A DNA stretch of 64,000 nucleotides, taken from assembly GCA_029557905.1 (NCBI GenBank), contig JAKQHR010000015.1:1557-65556 (forward strand), written 5' to 3'. This DNA comes from Verrucomicrobiota bacterium (GTDB taxonomy: Bacteria > Verrucomicrobiota > Kiritimatiellia > JAKQHR01). Below the pieces are notes generated by a model. That model did not search any database and was not told where the DNA came from. It worked only from the letters and a program-made list of their open reading frames with translations. Below are positions 18,387 to 28,489 of the stretch, one piece after another (positions within the stretch are counted from its first letter, which is position 1; every line of letters starts with the position of its first letter). A program made the translations under genes and the position numbers.

Positions 18387-19292
18387 ATGGATACACAACT
18401 GAGGGATTGCCTGAGTCCGGAGAACATTCTATTTGAGGTCGCCGCGACCACGCGTGATGAAGTCCTTACCCTGCTGGTGAATCATCTGGAGAGCACCCTG
18501 GACGGGTTCGATCCGCAGGAGGCCCTGCATGCGCTCAAGGAGCGCGAGGCTGTGCTGCCCACGGTTATTGCGCCCGGAGTGGCGCTTCCGCATGCCCGGC
18601 TGGACAATATGGACAAGACGCTGATCGCGGTAGCGACAACCCGCGGAGGCATTGTTTTTGACGCAGACAAGGATCCGGTCAATCTGATTCTGCTTGTGCT
18701 GACACCGAAGAACGATCCCAGCTCCTATCTGCGGGTGCTGGCCCTGCTGTCCGGCGCCCTCAAGGATCTGAAGATCAGGGAGTTTATCAAGGAAGCCTCT
18801 GCAGAGACGGTATCGGCGCTCTTTCGTTCCGGGGACCGGGGGCAAGGAGAGTATCTGACTGCGGCGGACATCATGAATGCCCGGCCGCTGACCCTGAAGG
18901 AAGGCGATACACTGCGGGCGGCCATTACCGCGCTGTGCTCCCGTCGACTTCTTGATATTTCCGTGGTGGATGACCAGGGAGATCTCCGGGGGGTGATCTG
19001 CATGGAGGATCTGCTGAGCCAGAGCCTCCCGCAGCACCTGCTCTGGATGGAGGATTTGTCTCCCATTCTGCGCTTCGAGCCGTTTGCCGAGATGATGAAG
19101 AAGGACAATGAAACCAAGCTGGCCGACTTCATGCATGAGGATTATGTGTCCGTGTCTCCCGATACGCCGGCGGTTCAGCTGGCCAAGATTTTCATTATGA
19201 AGCACACCCGTCAGATTCAGGTGCTGGAAGGCCGGCGGCTGGCCGGCGTGGTCAGCCTGGCGGGATTCACGACCAAACTGTTCTGGGCCTGA
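18387..19292 (+). CDS. PTS EIIA-like domain fused to a CBS pair
   Basis: GVALPHAR with the phospho-acceptor His; C-terminal tandem CBS (ADIM..., VVDDQGDLRGVI, DFMHEDYVSVSPDTP). Confidence 0.88.
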   Translation: MDTQLRDCLSPENILFEVAATTRDEVLTLLVNHLESTLDGFDPQEALHALKEREAVLPTVIAPGVALPHARLDNMDKTLIAVATTRGGIVFDADKDPVNLILLVLTPKNDPSSYLRVLALLSGALKDLKIREFIKEASAETVSALFRSGDRGQGEYLTAADIMNARPLTLKEGDTLRAAITALCSRRLLDISVVDDQGDLRGVICMEDLLSQSLPQHLLWMEDLSPILRFEPFAEMMKKDNETKLADFMHEDYVSVSPDTPAVQLAKIFIMKHTRQIQVLEGRRLAGVVSLAGFTTKLFWA

Positions 19293-19340
19293 TGCGTCTG
19301 TTCTTTTTCATCATTTCTTAAAATCACGGAGCAATATATC

Positions 19341-20759
19341 ATGCATGGCGGAGATGACCACGGGGGCGAACTGACACTCAGGCAGATGATGGTCCGAATG
19401 GCCCTGCTGCTCTTCATCAGCGGGACAACGGGTCTGTGCGGCGTCCGGATGGGGTTGAACTTTTCGCAGGCGGTGGCCACCTCGGTGTTTCTCGCGATTA
19501 TTCTCGGCACGCTTTTTTTCTGGAATTTCCGTCTCGCCATTGCATTCCTCGGCATTGGAGTGCTGATATTCACCCGGTCGCTCGATATTGACCATTTCGT
19601 CAAAGAGGCGTCGCTTCCGGTTATTCTTTTTCTGGTCGGCATGATGATTGTGGTCGGCGCGCTGCGCGATCTGGGCTTTTTCACATGGATCGTCCAGAGC
19701 ATCATTTCCATTCCGAAGATCACCGGACGCAAATTCATGGCCATTACGGCCGTGGCCTCGGCCCTGCTGGCCTGCGCGGTGGATGAAGTCACTTCAATCA
19801 TCTTTATTTCAACACTGATCTTTCAGGTCTGCAACCGCCTCAAGCTGAATCCCGCGCCCTACCTCATGATTTGCGTGCTCTGCACGAACATCGGCAGCTC
19901 CGGCACAATGATGGGCAATCCCGTGGGTATTTACATCGGCACCAAGGCCCATCTCAGTTTCGCTGATTTCATCCGCTGGGCATTTCCCGTCATGCTGCTG
20001 GCCCTGGGCTCCTGCGTGGCCGTCACGATGTTCTGGTATCGCCGGGACCTGGATGAATTTGATGTGCGGCTCAAGGACCGGATGGACCGCGACCTGAGTC
20101 TGGTCCCGAAGGTGAAGGTGCCTTACGGCCGGGGACTGGCGGTTCTTCTGCTGACCCTTGTGTTTATTGCGCTGCATCATACGCTGGAAGAGGCTCTGCA
20201 TCTGGATCCCAACAGCATTCTGCTGGTTGCTCCTCTGGCCTGCGCCGGCGTTATCATGATCTTCAAGCGCGATCGCGCCCGGCACTATGTCGAAGCCGAG
20301 GTGGACTGGTGGACGCTGCTCTTCTTCATGCTGTTGTTTGCCATTGCCGGAACCCTGGCTTATACCGGCGTGACGCGCCTGATGGCGGACGGCTTCACCC
20401 GCCGTTTCGGGACGGACCTGAATGTGCTGATCCCCGTGATCATGGCCACCACGGCCCTGGGCTCAGCCTTTGTGGACAATGTCATCTTTGTGGCCGCCTT
20501 TGCGCCGATCATTGAAGCGCTCGGGGAAAGCGTGAAAATCATGCCCTTGTGGTGGGCGCTTCTTTTCGGGGCCTGTTTCGGCGGAAACATCACGCTGATC
20601 GGCAGCACCGCCAACATCGTTGCGCTCGGGATGCTTGAAAAGGAATGCAGGATTCAGATCAGCTTTTTCCGATGGCTCAAGATCGGTGCGCTGTCATCGC
20701 TGGTCGCGTGCCTGATTGCCTGGGGCATGCTCGCGCTTCTTGCCCCCCTGATGCCCTGA
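19341..20759 (+). CDS. ArsB/NhaD (SLC13-like) ion transporter
   Basis: About 12 TM; CAVDEVTSII, NIGSSGTMMGNP, SAFVDNV and FGGNITLIGSTANIVA. Confidence 0.87.
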   Translation: MHGGDDHGGELTLRQMMVRMALLLFISGTTGLCGVRMGLNFSQAVATSVFLAIILGTLFFWNFRLAIAFLGIGVLIFTRSLDIDHFVKEASLPVILFLVGMMIVVGALRDLGFFTWIVQSIISIPKITGRKFMAITAVASALLACAVDEVTSIIFISTLIFQVCNRLKLNPAPYLMICVLCTNIGSSGTMMGNPVGIYIGTKAHLSFADFIRWAFPVMLLALGSCVAVTMFWYRRDLDEFDVRLKDRMDRDLSLVPKVKVPYGRGLAVLLLTLVFIALHHTLEEALHLDPNSILLVAPLACAGVIMIFKRDRARHYVEAEVDWWTLLFFMLLFAIAGTLAYTGVTRLMADGFTRRFGTDLNVLIPVIMATTALGSAFVDNVIFVAAFAPIIEALGESVKIMPLWWALLFGACFGGNITLIGSTANIVALGMLEKECRIQISFFRWLKIGALSSLVACLIAWGMLALLAPLMP

Positions 20760-20894
20760 AATGCCTCCACCGCGAAGAAACTTGAATAAGAATCGGCGAT
20801 TTGTTACACAATAATGCCGCAAGTGGCGCGGATGTGTCCGCGACCCGGCAACCAGGAGCATGTGGTGCCTGAATCCGTACAGTCGACATCCGTG

Positions 20895-22841
20895 ATGCTG
20901 CAGATCCCGCTGCGGAGAAAACTCTCGTTGATCTGGACGTATGCCCGGGAGCGGCTGATGCGCCAGGTGCATGCGGTGGCCTTCATCACGGGATATCTGG
21001 CGCTCTTTCAGCTTCTCGTGCTGCGCGCCCCGATTGCGGATTTTCTGAAAATCGCCGCGGGTATTCTTGCCGTGGTGGCGGGTCTGGCTTTTTTCATGGA
21101 AGGGCTGTTTCTGGCCATCATGCCCCTCGGGGAACGCTGCGGACTGCGCATGCCCGCGCGTGCCGGTCTGGGCCTGCTTGTGGCGTTTGCGGTGATCCTC
21201 GGAATTACCGCCACCTATGCGGAGCCGGCCATAGGATTCCTGAAGGCGCAGGGGAGTTCCACTCTGCCCTGGCGCGCGCCGCTGCTGTATTATCTCCTGA
21301 ACGCCGGCGCGCCGCTCACCGTGGGCGCGGTGGCCGTCGGGGTTGGCTTTGCCGTGGTGCTTGGGGTCTTCCGGTCCCTGCGCTCGTGGAGTTTCAAGCC
21401 TTTCCTGTACCTGACGATTCCCGTCCTTCTGGCGCTCTCGTACTGGGTTTCACGTGATCCGCGCACGGCCGCCATCATCGGACTGGCGTGGGATACCGGG
21501 GGGGTGACCACGGGGCCGGTGACCGTGCCGCTGGTGATCGCGCTGGGAATTGGAGTTTCACGCATTGCCGGCCGCGGCGATGAACCCTCCAGCGGCCTGG
21601 GTGTTGTTACGCTGGCTTCGGCGCTTCCGGTGATCATGGTCCTGCTGCTCGGCGCTGTGCTGGCCCCGCGGTTCCCGATGCCCGGCGGACCGGATGAGTT
21701 CTTTGCGCCGGAGCGTCACAATCAGTCGGTGCGGGTGGCCGGAAGCGAAGAGGCTTTTCGCGAACTGGCGGCAAACAATCTGTCTCCCGAGAAGGTCAAA
21801 ACCCGTTTCGGGACGGAATCCAAGAAGAAGCCCTCAGATGCCGGCCCGCGCCGGCATGTGCCGCGCAAGATGATGAGGGCCCATGCCGTCAACGCTCTGA
21901 AAGCCATTGTCCCGCTGGCCGCCGTGCTGCTTCTTGCGCTGCTGTTGATTGTGCGTGAGCGACTGCCGCACAACGACGAGGTTTCGCTGGGGCTGGTGTT
22001 CAGCCTGGTTGGGATGCTGCTGTTCAGTTACGGCATGGATCGCGGTCTTTCAAGCCTTGGAAATCAGGCCGGCCGCTCTCTGCCGCGCGCGTGGGAGGCC
22101 ACGGAGCGCCCGGACAAGGCCGTGACCTACAGCGGCATAAATGAGAACCTTCTGGTGCGCGCCGTCCGCCCCAACGGCTCCGTCGCAGAGTATCTTCCGC
22201 TGGCGGACAAGGGCGGGCCGCAGTTTGTGCCGTTCATCCGCGAACGGTACGATGCGGACCGGGCCGAGTACCGCTGGATTCCCGAACAGGGTCCTGTGGC
22301 CGGCGATGAGGATTTCTGGGGCTATGCGCTGGTGCTGCTCTTTGTGTTTGTGATGGGTTTGGGCGCAACCATTGCGGAACCTTCACTGAACGCGCTGGGC
22401 GTGACACTGGAAGAGCTGACGACGGGAACCTACAAGCGCTCTTTCCTCATAGTGACCGTGGCCCTGGGCGTGGGCGCCGGCATGGCCATGGGATTCTGCC
22501 GAATACTGTTCGCCTGGCCCATGATCCCCCTTCTCGCGGGGTGTTACCTCGTGGCTCTTGCGCTGACCTGCATTTCGACGGAAGAAATGTCGGCCATTGC
22601 ATGGGACTGCGCGGGCGTAACGACTGGTCCCATCACGGTTCCGCTGGTTATTGCCGCAGGTTTGGGCATTGGCCAGCGCGCCGGCGCGGCCGAGGCTTTC
22701 GGCGTGGTGACCATGGCCTCCGTGTTTCCGATCATCGCGGTGCTGCTTTCCGGTTTTCTGATCGCCGCCCGGCGAAACGCGCTCGACCTTGAAAATCTGC
22801 AGATGGATGCGGCCCCGGCAGAACGGGAGGCAAAGCCGTGA
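20895..22841 (+). CDS. DUF1538 membrane protein with two fused DUF1538 units
   Basis: Duplicated motifs TYAEPA/TIAEPSL and AWDTGGVTTGPVTVP/AWDCAGVTTGPITVP. Start uncertain (20814 or 20895). Confidence 0.82.
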   Translation: MLQIPLRRKLSLIWTYARERLMRQVHAVAFITGYLALFQLLVLRAPIADFLKIAAGILAVVAGLAFFMEGLFLAIMPLGERCGLRMPARAGLGLLVAFAVILGITATYAEPAIGFLKAQGSSTLPWRAPLLYYLLNAGAPLTVGAVAVGVGFAVVLGVFRSLRSWSFKPFLYLTIPVLLALSYWVSRDPRTAAIIGLAWDTGGVTTGPVTVPLVIALGIGVSRIAGRGDEPSSGLGVVTLASALPVIMVLLLGAVLAPRFPMPGGPDEFFAPERHNQSVRVAGSEEAFRELAANNLSPEKVKTRFGTESKKKPSDAGPRRHVPRKMMRAHAVNALKAIVPLAAVLLLALLLIVRERLPHNDEVSLGLVFSLVGMLLFSYGMDRGLSSLGNQAGRSLPRAWEATERPDKAVTYSGINENLLVRAVRPNGSVAEYLPLADKGGPQFVPFIRERYDADRAEYRWIPEQGPVAGDEDFWGYALVLLFVFVMGLGATIAEPSLNALGVTLEELTTGTYKRSFLIVTVALGVGAGMAMGFCRILFAWPMIPLLAGCYLVALALTCISTEEMSAIAWDCAGVTTGPITVPLVIAAGLGIGQRAGAAEAFGVVTMASVFPIIAVLLSGFLIAARRNALDLENLQMDAAPAEREAKP

Positions 22842-23974
22842 AACGGATGGATGTCTCCAGGATTGTCTGCATTGCCGATGTGCGGCTGACGGAACGGCTG
22901 GAAGCCGAGGCTGACCGCATTGGACTGCGGGAGACCTGGTCAACACGCGGCAAGCAGGTTGCCCTCAAGGCGCGCTCCGTCTGGCAGCCGTTCGGCCGGC
23001 GGCTTCCAATGGCCGAGTCGCCCTCCGACATCATTCGCTTCTATGTCCCGCGGCAGCACGAACGCGCGGCGATGATCCGCCTGGCTGCGGCCGCGGATCT
23101 CTACCTGCCGGGCCGCGGGAGCGTCTATGCCGAGGATGTGGCTCTCATCGGGGATGGGGTGCAGCCATGGGATGAGGAGAAGCTCTGCGCCGACCAGCCC
23201 TCATGGGTTGTTGAGAACCGGATGGAGCCGGCCCCCTATGACATGATCTACTGCATCGTGCAGCGCGGCCGCGGAGGAGAACTGGCCCGCACCATGCTGG
23301 AAATGGGGCTCTGCGTGCCGATCGTCAGTTTCGGCGAGGGCATGGGCATGCGCGACAGGCTCGGGCTCCTGCGCATCACCATCCCGCAGGAGAAGGAAAT
23401 CCTTCTGTTTGTTGTTCCGCCGGGAGACTCGGATTTTGTGATGGATGTGGCCGTGCGGAAAGCGAACCTGCACGAGCCGGGAAACGGTTTTCTGTGCCGC
23501 GTTCCCGTGCGCGCACTGGCCGTGAATTCGCGGATGCATCTGGACCGGCGCAAGCATGTCGCGACCATGGAGCAGGTCATCAGCACGCTTGATCAGCTTC
23601 GCGGATCCACCGACTGGCGGAGAATGTCCGCGGCGGCCCGGCATCATCGCGGAGCGGAGCCTGAAGGCCTGGTGCGCTTCACGCTGATTTGCGAAGAGGG
23701 CACATCGTCAGCTCATGTGCGCGCCGCGCTGGATGCCGGCGCGGGCGGCGCGACGCTTTCGCTCCTTTCCCGGCGTGTGCCCGCCCCGCACGAAGGGGGC
23801 GGGGAAGTTGCCATGGCGTCCCGCGCCCGGGAATGCTGTGATCTCGTCATTCCCCGCGCGTTAAAGGAACGCATCGAGGAAGCGGTGACCCGGACCGGGC
23901 TGTTTGCTGAATCCTCCGGCGGTTTCATTGAAACCGGCATTGTATACGATGCGATCACGGCGGCCGGCCGCTGA
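22838..23974 (+). CDS. Protein with tandem PII-like (GlnB-like fold) domains
   Basis: Best-conserved middle unit IYCIVQRGRG...GEGMG...EKEILLFVV...PGNGFLCRVPV; degenerate units on both sides; translationally coupled to DUF1538. Confidence 0.68.
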   Translation: MKRMDVSRIVCIADVRLTERLEAEADRIGLRETWSTRGKQVALKARSVWQPFGRRLPMAESPSDIIRFYVPRQHERAAMIRLAAAADLYLPGRGSVYAEDVALIGDGVQPWDEEKLCADQPSWVVENRMEPAPYDMIYCIVQRGRGGELARTMLEMGLCVPIVSFGEGMGMRDRLGLLRITIPQEKEILLFVVPPGDSDFVMDVAVRKANLHEPGNGFLCRVPVRALAVNSRMHLDRRKHVATMEQVISTLDQLRGSTDWRRMSAAARHHRGAEPEGLVRFTLICEEGTSSAHVRAALDAGAGGATLSLLSRRVPAPHEGGGEVAMASRARECCDLVIPRALKERIEEAVTRTGLFAESSGGFIETGIVYDAITAAGR

Positions 23975-24045
23975 AAAGAGAAAATGAATCCGCTTGTGCG
24001 CACGGTTCCCTTGCATAAGCGGGTCCGGTGGGATAGATTCCACGC

Positions 24046-25242
24046 ATGCCGTACATCACAAAAGGCCTTCTGAAAGATTTTTATCTGCCGGACTACGCTG
24101 ACGGCAGCACCGTCAATCTGCTGGCTTCCATCATCCGTTCGCGCGGCGGAAAATCGCCGCACAAAAACCTCAAGGGCCTGGACCCGCGCCGGCTGCGCGA
24201 GGCGCGCAATGTCATTTATCTGGTCGTGGACGGACTGGGGGTCAGCCAGCTTGAGCGGTTCCTGAGCATGGGGAAGGGGAAGCAGTTTTTTGCAAAGCAT
24301 CCCTGGACGACCATTTCCTCCGTTTTCCCCGCGACGACCGCCGCGGCCGTGACAACCTTTGCCACCGGCGCATCCCCGGCTGAGCATGCGGTGCTGAGCT
24401 GGTACCTGAACCTGCACGACCTCGGCGTCGTGACGATGATTCTTCCGGCCATCACCCGCACCGGAAGCCCGCTGGCCCGCGAGGAGTTTGATCTGCATGC
24501 CTATCTTGATCTGCCCTCGTACATAGACAGCGTGAAAGGCCGCAGGGGACTGATCTCGTACGAGGATATTCCGCAGAGCCGCTATTCAAGGGCGGGCACC
24601 CGATGGACCGACCGCATGGCCGCCCGCACACTGCAGGGGCTTGAGCGGCAGATCATGGCCTTTGTGAGGAAGCGGGGGCGGAAAATGGCCTATGCCTACT
24701 GGCCCGAATATGATTCCAACTGCCATGAGCACGGGGTGACGCACAGGAAGACGGACCGGCATCTGCGCCAGATTGACGAATCCCTCGCGCGCCTGGTGCG
24801 CAAACTGCAGGGCACGGACACGCGCCTGTTTGTGCTGGCGGATCACGGACTCATTGACGCGCCCGCTGCACAGCGCATAGATCTGGGCGCGGTTCCCGGA
24901 TTCTACGGCTGCCTGGCCACGATCACGTCCGGCGATGCCCGTTCTGTTTCCTGCTTCGTGCGGCCGGGCAGGGTGAAGGCTTTCAAGGAAATCGTGAACA
25001 GGAAACTGGGCCATGCCTGTGTATGCACGCCGGGCGAGGTCCTGCTGGCCATGAACGCCTTTGGGCCGGGCAAGCCTCACAAGGCTTTGGCGAACAGGGC
25101 GGGGGATTTCTTCCTGATGGCCAGGCCGGGCTATGCCTTCACCGCGACACTTCCGGGATGGGAGCCCCGGTTCCACGTCGCCTATCACGGCGGCATGTCG
25201 GCGGATGAAGTGCTGGTGCCGCTGTACTCAGTTCAATGCTGA
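24046..25242 (+). CDS. Alkaline phosphatase superfamily nucleotide pyrophosphatase/phosphodiesterase
   Basis: LVVDGLG, VFPATT (Thr nucleophile), DSNCHEHG, LADHG and YHGG. Confidence 0.87.
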   Translation: MPYITKGLLKDFYLPDYADGSTVNLLASIIRSRGGKSPHKNLKGLDPRRLREARNVIYLVVDGLGVSQLERFLSMGKGKQFFAKHPWTTISSVFPATTAAAVTTFATGASPAEHAVLSWYLNLHDLGVVTMILPAITRTGSPLAREEFDLHAYLDLPSYIDSVKGRRGLISYEDIPQSRYSRAGTRWTDRMAARTLQGLERQIMAFVRKRGRKMAYAYWPEYDSNCHEHGVTHRKTDRHLRQIDESLARLVRKLQGTDTRLFVLADHGLIDAPAAQRIDLGAVPGFYGCLATITSGDARSVSCFVRPGRVKAFKEIVNRKLGHACVCTPGEVLLAMNAFGPGKPHKALANRAGDFFLMARPGYAFTATLPGWEPRFHVAYHGGMSADEVLVPLYSVQC

Positions 25243-25243
25243 A

Positions 25244-27067
25244 CTATTCAGCCGCAGTTTCGTCGGCCTCAACCGGAATTTCTTCCTTGTACAGTTCCTC
25301 GTCGGCGTATTCCTCGTCCTCTTCTTCCGGCTCCTCATCGTCCCATTCGCCGAAGGAGCGGGGCTGGAAGTCAGCCTCATTCAGAAGCCATTCCTGAAAG
25401 GCGCCGAAGTTCACGCCCAGGCGGTCCTGCCGCAGCGCGGTCACCAGATTGGCGCGGTAGGTTTCGAACAGGGAGGCATCCCCCGGCGTACGCGAGGCGA
25501 TATGGCAGAGGATGAAGCCCTCTTCCGTTTCGATGGCCTCGGGAATTTCTCCCGGATTGCTGGTGATGGCCGCCCGCATGATCAGGTCGCTGTAGTCGGC
25601 GAACTGTTCATCCTCGATGCCGGTCATGGCCGAGACATTGGTCGCGGTCTGCATCACCAGCCCGCTGGATTCAAGCACCGAAGCAAAGGTGTTTCCCTTC
25701 CTGACGGCCTGTTCGGCGCTTTCGCGGACACTCTGGACCAGTTCGTCAAGGGCTTCTTTCTTCGCGACGGCGGTTGCGATTTCACGCACCTGGTCCTCAA
25801 CTTCCGCGAATTCCGGCACGCGGGCGGGAATGCGCTCTTCGAGCGCCAGCACATACACGGCTTCCTCGCCGGCTATGGCGTCGCTGAAGTATTCGTCGGG
25901 ATTGGGGCGGAGGGAGAAGGCAATCTCATTGAAATCGGGGCCGACCTTGAGCTCCGTCAGTTCCTCGTCCAGGGTGAAGGACTCCAGCGTCAGCACGTCC
26001 CTTTTCGCCTTTTTGGCCTGGGTTTCAAACGGAACGGACTGGCCCTTCCGGTTGGGCGCGAGGGCTACGACGAAATCGGTGGCTTCATCAAGCGCCTTGT
26101 TGAGCGCTGCCTCGCGGATCAGCTTTGCGAGAATCTCATCCTGCACTTCCTCCAGCGGGGTGATGACCTGTTCCTCGCGGACCTGGTCCTCAAAAGCCTC
26201 CTCGCCCTCGGCCGAGGTGAGCAGGGGCACCTGGTTGGTGGTGGTCACGGTCTCGGTGTAGTCATCGAGATTGTCCTCATAGTACTCCGCCACCTCATCG
26301 TCGGAAAAACTGAAGTCGGCCATGTAGTCGGCGATCGGAAAGGCGGCGTACTTGACTTTGACCCGTGCCGGGAGCGTGAAGGCCTTGGGATCCTGTTCAA
26401 AGAACGTCTGGAGCTCCTTGCGCGCGGGTCTCACGGTTTTTTTCACGTCATTCGTGGTGATCATCGCGAATTCTAGGTCAAAGGTGTCGACCAGCGTGGA
26501 GAAGGTACGCTGCAGCTCGTAGGGGGAGATCAGGACGGACTGGCTGACCATGCGCTGAAGCTTCTGCAGTATGATTTCCTCGCGGACGTGCTCTTCAAAG
26601 CGCGCCCCGGAAATGCCCAGTTCCTGCCGCAGAAAACCCTGCGCAAACGCCATATAGCGCTGGGGGCTGAACTGCCCGTTGTCGGCGAAGCCGGGATTGC
26701 CGGCGATGGCCATGCGCACTTCGTTGTCGGATGCGGTCAGGCCCAGTTCCCGGGCTTTGCGAAGCGTGATCAGGCGCTGCCATGAGGCATCCTTCAGGCG
26801 GTCGCTCAGGTCGCCGTTCAGGTTCGGCCGCCCGCCGGCGGCCAAGGCGACGGCGAGCCAGGTGTTGGCATAGGCGTTCTGGAACTCCTGATTGGGCACA
26901 TGCTCGCCGTTGAGCATGCCGGCCGAGTTGGCGGCCGCCGCCCGCTCCTCGTCGCCCGGCCACTGAATGTAGAGCCCGACAAATGCGATCACAATGATCA
27001 CGAGAATAACGTACCAGACCACCTTGGACTGGATCAGCCGGTGAAACTTCGAAATCAACATTGCCAT
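25244..27067 (-). CDS. PpiD/SurA-N-like membrane-anchored periplasmic chaperone
   Basis: N-terminal TM, LGLTASDNEV, FADNGQFSPQRY, EEHVREEII; acidic tail. Confidence 0.75.
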   Translation of the reverse strand: MAMLISKFHRLIQSKVVWYVILVIIVIAFVGLYIQWPGDEERAAAANSAGMLNGEHVPNQEFQNAYANTWLAVALAAGGRPNLNGDLSDRLKDASWQRLITLRKARELGLTASDNEVRMAIAGNPGFADNGQFSPQRYMAFAQGFLRQELGISGARFEEHVREEIILQKLQRMVSQSVLISPYELQRTFSTLVDTFDLEFAMITTNDVKKTVRPARKELQTFFEQDPKAFTLPARVKVKYAAFPIADYMADFSFSDDEVAEYYEDNLDDYTETVTTTNQVPLLTSAEGEEAFEDQVREEQVITPLEEVQDEILAKLIREAALNKALDEATDFVVALAPNRKGQSVPFETQAKKAKRDVLTLESFTLDEELTELKVGPDFNEIAFSLRPNPDEYFSDAIAGEEAVYVLALEERIPARVPEFAEVEDQVREIATAVAKKEALDELVQSVRESAEQAVRKGNTFASVLESSGLVMQTATNVSAMTGIEDEQFADYSDLIMRAAITSNPGEIPEAIETEEGFILCHIASRTPGDASLFETYRANLVTALRQDRLGVNFGAFQEWLLNEADFQPRSFGEWDDEEPEEEDEEYADEELYKEEIPVEADETAAE

Positions 27068-27277
27068 AGCGCAAGACCTTCGTTGAAATTAAACCATTGA
27101 AAAACAGCCCGCAAAATAGACATCGCGGCCGCCGGGGTCAACAGGAAACTGCTTTCAGCCGGATCCGTCCCGCCTCCGCGGACGCTCCTTTGTTGCATTC
27201 GCCGGGCCAATCCGATATGAAGGACGGAAATTCCATCGGCGGCAGGAAGCCGCCGCTTAAGCAGTGAAAGGAACCGG

Positions 27278-27682
27278 ATGAATCTTGATCGTGTGCGCGA
27301 AATTGTCGGGGACGCGGGTTTTGGCATGATGGCCACATCGGTGGACGGTCAGCCCCAGGTGCGAGCCATGGCGTTTGTGCTGCTGGAGGACGGCCGCCTC
27401 TGGAGTTCAACGGTGAACATCAGCGGGAAGGTGGCGGAACTGAAGAAAAATTCCAAAGTGGGGATCTGTTTTCTCGACAGCCGCAAGTCGGAAGTGCGGA
27501 TCGACGGGATTGCCGATATCACCGGCGGCCCGGACAAAAAGAAAAAGCTTCTGGAGCTGAATCCCTACATCAAAAAGCATTTTCCTGACGAAAACGATCC
27601 GAAGTTTGTTCATATTGAAATCGTCCCGACCCGCATCCGGTGGAAGAATGCGGGATTCGGGGAATATACCGAAGTGATCTGA
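27278..27682 (+). CDS. Pyridoxamine 5'-phosphate oxidase-like FMN-binding protein
   Basis: MATSVDGQPQVRAM and KVAELKKNSKV split-barrel motifs. Confidence 0.82.
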   Translation: MNLDRVREIVGDAGFGMMATSVDGQPQVRAMAFVLLEDGRLWSSTVNISGKVAELKKNSKVGICFLDSRKSEVRIDGIADITGGPDKKKKLLELNPYIKKHFPDENDPKFVHIEIVPTRIRWKNAGFGEYTEVI

Positions 27683-27699
27683 TCGAGAAAGGATGAGCC

Positions 27700-28434
27700 A
27701 TGACCAATGTTGTGAATGCGCATGAAACTGAAATGAAGCCGAAAATTGGAATGGCCGTCGCCAGCCTGATTCTGGGGTGCCTGTCCATCGGATACGGATT
27801 GTTTGTTATCGGCGTTCTTTTCGCGGTTCCGGGGCTCATTCTGGGTGTGCTCCATTTCCGGCTGCGCGCAAATTTCCGCGCGATGGCCGTGTGGGGCGCT
27901 GTGCTTTCCCTCCTCGGGCTGCTCCTTTCCGGCTGGGTGGGATACAGCTTTTTCCGCGCCTACCGCGCCGCGTCGGGCGGCGGAAGCAGCTCGTTCGATG
28001 AGTGGCAGGGCGTCGAGGCGCCGGATTTCAGTGTGACCACTCTCGACGGGCAAAAGATCCAGCTGTCGGACCTGCGAGGCAGGCCGGTGATTGTTGACTT
28101 CTGGGCCACCTGGTGCCCGCCGTGTGTGAAGGAAATCCCGCATTTCATCCGGCTGGCCGGTGAATACAGTCCCGATGAACTGACAGTCGTCGGCATCAGC
28201 AGGGAAGAGGAGGCTGTGCTGGCGGAATTCGCCGCGAAGAAGGGGATCAACTATCCGATTGCATCGGCAAACGACTTGCCCGCGCCGTACAGCGAAGTCC
28301 GGTCCATCCCGACCACATTCTTCATAGACGCCGACGGCGTCATTCAGGCCGTGTTCGAGGGCTATCATGACTACGACGCACTCAAAGCCGCCGCCTTTGC
28401 TGAAGATGTCCCGGAAACTGCGCCTGAAGAATAA
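27700..28434 (+). CDS. TlpA-family thiol-disulfide oxidoreductase with DUF4190-like membrane anchor
   Basis: APDFSV..LDG, VDFWATWCPPC and IPTTFFID; N-terminal AVASLILG two-TM segment. Confidence 0.88.
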   Translation: MTNVVNAHETEMKPKIGMAVASLILGCLSIGYGLFVIGVLFAVPGLILGVLHFRLRANFRAMAVWGAVLSLLGLLLSGWVGYSFFRAYRAASGGGSSSFDEWQGVEAPDFSVTTLDGQKIQLSDLRGRPVIVDFWATWCPPCVKEIPHFIRLAGEYSPDELTVVGISREEEAVLAEFAAKKGINYPIASANDLPAPYSEVRSIPTTFFIDADGVIQAVFEGYHDYDALKAAAFAEDVPETAPEE

Positions 28435-28489
28435 AAAATGCCCGCCCGGTGATGCCGGCGGCCTGCGCCCGCGATTTCGTTTTGAGGGC

